From: Bacillota bacterium
Lineage (GTDB): Bacteria > Bacillota > Clostridia > Acetivibrionales > DTU013
Length of the DNA stretch: 61,268 nt
Assembly: GCA_050261495.1 (NCBI GenBank)
Contig: JBLNDI010000038.1
Span: 1 to 61,268 of the forward strand
Direction: 5' to 3'
Below are positions 57,535 to 61,268 of the stretch, in pieces (within the stretch, counting starts at the first letter, position 1; every line of letters starts with the position of its first letter). The notes under the pieces are model-generated. The model was not told the DNA's origin, ran no database searches, and was given only the letters and a program-made list of their open reading frames with translations. A program made the position numbers and the translations under genes.

Positions 57535-59492
57535 TCGTAAAAATGAGCAGGATTACCGTGCTGGGAATGGAGGACCAGCGCAGGGCATTGATTGGCAGCC
57601 TTATGGATATCGGCGCCGTTGAGATAAGCGAAATCGATCTGAAAGAATATGAAAGCATTGCGAGCAACCCTTCGGTTCAGGCCGAGATAACGGATATTGG
57701 AAGCAAATTGGCCGATGTGAGGGCCGCGCTGGCGGTTCTTGAGAAGTATTGCCCGGTAAAAAGGGGCCTGTTTCAAAGCCGCCGCGAAATTACATTATCC
57801 GAATTTAACCAAATCTTGGAGAAGAAAGACCTTACCTGGGATTCCGTCAAGAAAATCAGGGAACAGGAGGAGCGTCTTGTCCGGCTGAAATCCGAGGAAA
57901 ACAAGCTGGACAACATGTACTTGGCGCTGCTGCCCTGGAAATCAATGGATGTACCCATCCAATCCACCGGAACGAAAAAAACCGCATTTGTAATGGGGAC
58001 TGTTCCCGCCTCAATCGATTGGGAAGCAGTGAGCCATGAATTGTCCGAAAAGGTTCCGCTTGCCACGGCGGAAAAAGTGAACAGCGATGCGGACCAGCAT
58101 TATATTACCGTCATATATCACAGGGATACGGAGCAGGAATGCGTTTCATTCCTGAAATCGTACGGGTTTAATAAAGCCGGTTTTCCCGGTATTGAGGGAA
58201 CAGTTGCCGAAAACCTTGAAATGCTGAAATCCCGCCTGCAGGAACTTGAGGCTGAAAGGGAAGAGGCGATTGGCTTGATAAAAAGCCAGGAGGGCGCCAG
58301 GGAATCCATGGAGGTTCTCTATGATGCTTTGAACATGGAGCAAAGCCGTCTGACGGCAATGCAAAGGATTCTTAAAACCGAAAGGGTTTTCATGATTAAG
58401 GGGTGGATTCCCGAAACACTGTCGGAAAGAGTAAAGGCATGGCTTGAGTCTCAATACACCGCATACGTGGATATTCGTGAACCCGCCGAAGATGAAGAAT
58501 TTCCCGTTCTTCTTGAAAATAACGGTTTTGCCGAAGCGGGCGAACCGGTCACGACCATGTACGGATTGCCAAACAGCCGGGAAATTGATCCCAATGCTGT
58601 TATGACGCCGTTTTTCGTGATATTTTTCGGCATGATGCTTTCGGACGGAGGCTATGGACTGGTAATGTCGCTTATTACCGGGTTGGCGCTGTGGAAGCTA
58701 AAGCTTGACAGGAACAAGCGCAAATTTGTGAAGCTTTTGTTCTTCTGCGGCCTTTCAACCGTTTTTTGGGGCGCGATGTTCGGCGGATGGTTCGGCATAA
58801 GCTTTTTTACCAAGTACGCGGTATGGTTTGACGCGGGCTCAAATCCCGAGTTGCTGTTGAGTTGGTCGTTGTTGTTCGGCATAATACATTTATTTGCGGG
58901 ACTTGGCCTGAAAGCGGCAAATATGATTCGCAGGGGGCAATACCTGGACGCTTTGCTGGACGTAGGCGTATGGTACGTGGTGTTCACGGGTTTTGCCATG
59001 TTCCTGTTGCCAAATGTCCCGAAAGTGGATCCGGTTAAGATAGCTCCAATTGCTGAAGCCGGCAAATACGTACTGGCAGCCGGGGCGGTTCTCGTAATTC
59101 TTACGCAGGGAAGAGACAAAAAGAATATAATTGCGAAGTTATTCGGAGGAGTAGCCAAGCTATATGACATTGTAGGATTTTTCAGCGACGTATTGTCATA
59201 TTCAAGGCTCATGGCGCTGGGTATCGCCACATCCGTCATAGCGTCCATTATCAACCAGATGGCTTTTATGTTTGATATGCCCGGCTTGATCAAAATAATT
59301 GTAGGCGGCGTCATACTGATTGTCGGACACGCAGTGGATTTTGCCATAAATGCGCTTGGCGCTTACGTGCATTCATGCAGGCTGCAATTCCTGGAATTTT
59401 TCGGTAAATTCTACGAGGGCGGCGGAGAAGCTTTCGAACCTTTTAAGGCTGAAACTGAATATATATTGATAAAGCCAGGTTCAACCTTATAG
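57531..59492 (+). CDS. ntpI: V-type ATP synthase subunit I (a-subunit)
   Basis: 653-aa ORF with an N-terminal soluble coiled-coil half. The C-terminal polytopic half contains the conserved Arg region (SYSRLMALGIA). Its GTG start overlaps the upstream stop. Confidence 0.9.
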   Translation: MIVKMSRITVLGMEDQRRALIGSLMDIGAVEISEIDLKEYESIASNPSVQAEITDIGSKLADVRAALAVLEKYCPVKRGLFQSRREITLSEFNQILEKKDLTWDSVKKIREQEERLVRLKSEENKLDNMYLALLPWKSMDVPIQSTGTKKTAFVMGTVPASIDWEAVSHELSEKVPLATAEKVNSDADQHYITVIYHRDTEQECVSFLKSYGFNKAGFPGIEGTVAENLEMLKSRLQELEAEREEAIGLIKSQEGARESMEVLYDALNMEQSRLTAMQRILKTERVFMIKGWIPETLSERVKAWLESQYTAYVDIREPAEDEEFPVLLENNGFAEAGEPVTTMYGLPNSREIDPNAVMTPFFVIFFGMMLSDGGYGLVMSLITGLALWKLKLDRNKRKFVKLLFFCGLSTVFWGAMFGGWFGISFFTKYAVWFDAGSNPELLLSWSLLFGIIHLFAGLGLKAANMIRRGQYLDALLDVGVWYVVFTGFAMFLLPNVPKVDPVKIAPIAEAGKYVLAAGAVLVILTQGRDKKNIIAKLFGGVAKLYDIVGFFSDVLSYSRLMALGIATSVIASIINQMAFMFDMPGLIKIIVGGVILIVGHAVDFAINALGAYVHSCRLQFLEFFGKFYEGGGEAFEPFKAETEYILIKPGSTL

Positions 59493-59542
59493 AAATATAT
59501 AGAAATATAACGAAAACTTACTAATTGGAGGTTTGGAAAAAA

Positions 59543-59989
59543 ATGATAATTAACGGACAGGTTTTAGCCATTTTGGGCGCAGCAATTGCTTTTTTTGTTG
59601 CAGGGATGGGATCTTCAAAGGGCTGCGGAATTGCCGGGCAGGTAGGCGCGGGCGTCCTGGCGGAGGATCCTAAAAAATTCGGATCGGTGGTTGTCCTGGA
59701 AGCGCTTCCCGCAACACAGACGATTTACGGATTCGTTATTGCATTCATGATAATAAACAAGGTTACTCCCGATTTGACGATACCGGAAGGGTTTCGTCTC
59801 CTTATTGCAGGACTTCCTGTAGGAATTGTCGGACTGGTATCCGGAATATTCCAGGGTAAGGTTGCAACGGCCGGCATACAGATGGTTTCAAAGCAGCCTA
59901 AAGCAACCGGACAAGCTATTACGCTGGCTATCATGGTTGAAATGTTCGCTATTTTAAGCCTTGTCGTTTCCATTTTGATAATCGGATAA
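59543..59989 (+). CDS. ntpK: V-type ATP synthase proteolipid subunit K
   Basis: It is a four-helix proteolipid (GAAIAFFVAGMGSSKG, ILSLVVSILI). The ATG lies 8 nt after GGAGG. The ORF is open from 59525. Confidence 0.9.
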   Translation: MIINGQVLAILGAAIAFFVAGMGSSKGCGIAGQVGAGVLAEDPKKFGSVVVLEALPATQTIYGFVIAFMIINKVTPDLTIPEGFRLLIAGLPVGIVGLVSGIFQGKVATAGIQMVSKQPKATGQAITLAIMVEMFAILSLVVSILIIG

Positions 59990-60032
59990 AGACAGGCATG
60001 ATGATGGTATTACGGGTAAAAGGAGTATTCCA

Positions 60033-60635
60033 ATGACCGGAACGGATAAAATAAAATCGAAAATCATGGAGGACGCCAAAGCCAAGGCTTTGCAAACCGA
60101 GGAGCAGGCAAAGGCCGAGGCTGGGGATATCATAGACCAGGCGAAGCGCGAGGCGGCGCTGAAAGAAGCCGAAATCCTGAAAAAAGCCGAATCCGACGGA
60201 ATGGATCTGTACAAGCGAATGCTTGCCGTTGCCGAGCTTGAGGGACGTAAAAGTATCCTCGGGGCAAAGCAGGATATGATCTCGCTGGCTTTCAAAACGG
60301 CCATGGAGAAGCTTTGCGCTCTTCCGGACAACGAATACCAGCGGCTTATTGAAGATATGACGGTAAAATCGGCTATAACCGGTGAAGGTGAAATTCTCCT
60401 GTCGGAGAAGGACGCAAAACGGATGGACGCCGGGTTTATCGAGAATATCAACCGGCGGCTTGAAAATTCGGGTAAAAGCGGCAAGCTGTCGCTGTCTGCG
60501 AAAACCGTCCGGACAGCCGGCGGGTTCATATTGAAATATGGCGATATGGAAATCAATAGTACTTTTGAGATATTATTCGGCGTTATCCGTCCGGAACTTG
60601 AACAGGAAGTAGTGAAGATACTGTTCGGCGACTGA
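60033..60635 (+). CDS. ntpE: V-type ATP synthase subunit E
   Basis: 200-aa ORF. It has an N-terminal charged helix (KIKSKIMEDAKAKALQTEEQAKAEA) and a C-terminal globular part (GGFILKYGDMEINSTFE). Confidence 0.85.
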   Translation: MTGTDKIKSKIMEDAKAKALQTEEQAKAEAGDIIDQAKREAALKEAEILKKAESDGMDLYKRMLAVAELEGRKSILGAKQDMISLAFKTAMEKLCALPDNEYQRLIEDMTVKSAITGEGEILLSEKDAKRMDAGFIENINRRLENSGKSGKLSLSAKTVRTAGGFILKYGDMEINSTFEILFGVIRPELEQEVVKILFGD

Positions 60636-60641
60636 GCGGAA

Positions 60642-60738
60642 AACGGCAATTGCCTGTTCGGCGGCTTAAGAGGGAACGGCAGTTAATTGTCCGGTACTTA
60701 AGCAGGAACGACGGTTAATTGTCCGGCGGCTTAAGGGC
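60642..60738. repeat. ~32-bp tandem repeat, 3 units, between ntpE and ntpC
   Basis: The units read aacggcaattgcctgttcggcggcttaagaggg / aacggcagttaattgtccggtacttaagcagg / aacgacggttaattgtccggcggcttaagggc. Confidence 0.8.
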
Positions 60739-60755
60739 TATTTACTGGTTGAGGG

Positions 60756-61268
60756 ATGATGATGATAAAAGTAAGAGAAGGGGATTATGCATATGCTTCC
60801 GGCCGTATACGTGCAATAGAGCCGAAATTGTTCGGACCCGGCCATTATGACAGGATGCTGGAAGCCAATAACGCGGAAGAAGCTTTCAGGATATTGACTG
60901 ATTACGGTTATGGCTACGGAGGCGGTAGCGCGTCAGGTGTTTTTGCTTTTGAAAGACTGCTGACCGAAGAAATGAAGAAAACGTACGCGCTGCTTGTCGA
61001 GATAATCCCGCAGGCCGAGGTGGTGAAGGCTTTTCAGAGAAAGCATGACTATTTTAATATCAAGGTCTTGTTGAAAGCCGAGTTTTCCGGCGCGGAACCA
61101 CCGCCTATCCTTTCGGACACGGGCACGATCACGAAGGAGAACCTCACGCGGATGATCCGGGAGCGAAATTACGAGGGATTGACGGATTTGATGGTTCAAA
61201 CCATCGAAGAGGTACGTGATGTTTTTTCCAGGACACAGGACCCGCAGGCAATAGACCTCCTGCTTGAC
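60756..61268 (+). CDS. ntpC: V-type ATP synthase subunit C (d-like), 5' partial at window end
   Basis: This ORF is not in the supplied track because it has no stop in the window. It begins ATGATGATG after GAGGG. The product is MMMIKVREGDYAYASGRIRAIEPKL...HDYFNIKVLLKAEF, typical of NtpC. It stays in frame to base 61268. Confidence 0.8.
   Translation, partial: MMMIKVREGDYAYASGRIRAIEPKLFGPGHYDRMLEANNAEEAFRILTDYGYGYGGGSASGVFAFERLLTEEMKKTYALLVEIIPQAEVVKAFQRKHDYFNIKVLLKAEFSGAEPPPILSDTGTITKENLTRMIRERNYEGLTDLMVQTIEEVRDVFSRTQDPQAIDLLLD

Overview
This 61.3-kb window looks like a chromosomal segment from a spore-forming Clostridia-class Firmicute. That origin is inferred from Spo0E-like, SleB-type and SpoIVFA/SpoIVFB-like genes and from Bacillus-like synteny: maf-radC-mreBCD-(mrdA)-minCDE-(mgsA)-spoIVFA/B. 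About 50 protein-coding genes are supported.

Coding content, in order:
- A lipid-related trio: methyltransferase, acyl-CoA ligase and lysophospholipase-like hydrolase.
- An M14 peptidoglycan peptidase.
- A cytoplasmic GAF histidine kinase, a NarL-type regulator, an orphan receiver and an ECF sigma factor.
- A membrane-fused alpha/beta hydrolase.
- A LysM/SleB-type hydrolase behind a c-di-AMP (ydaO-class) riboswitch.
- A patatin-like lipase next to a 2919-aa cyclic beta-1,2-glucan synthase-like giant.
- icd, then a PDZ membrane protein, then a ParB-like/BMP fusion protein.
- A three-domain LigD with no Ku gene in the window.
- asnS.
- An Asp23 / DUF1638 / PspC / isoprenoid-synthase-like cluster.
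- motAB, the cell-shape and division cluster, metF, a sodium:solute symporter with a small accessory ORF, nfnAB, and the start of a V-type ATPase operon.

I recognised no rRNA, tRNA, CRISPR array, transposase, integrase or phage genes.

The non-coding space is unusually rich in repeats:
- A roughly 220-290 bp hairpin-forming element is present twice, at 5.1 kb and 56.8 kb.
- A second short dispersed repeat family is present at 9.4 kb and 54.3 kb.
- Several short-period intergenic tandem arrays occur (13, 14, 15, 17 and 32 bp units), three of them within 49.8-52.4 kb.

Two genes look inactivated, one by a frameshift in an A-run and one by an in-frame TAA.

The candidates I consider most worth follow-up are:
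- the ParB-like/BMP fusion
- the PspC plus divergent polyprenyl-synthase-like pair
- the Gram-positive Cgs-like giant
- the repeat families and arrays
- a GC-rich structured leader in front of maf

All calls come from reading the sequence and translations by eye. No database search was run.
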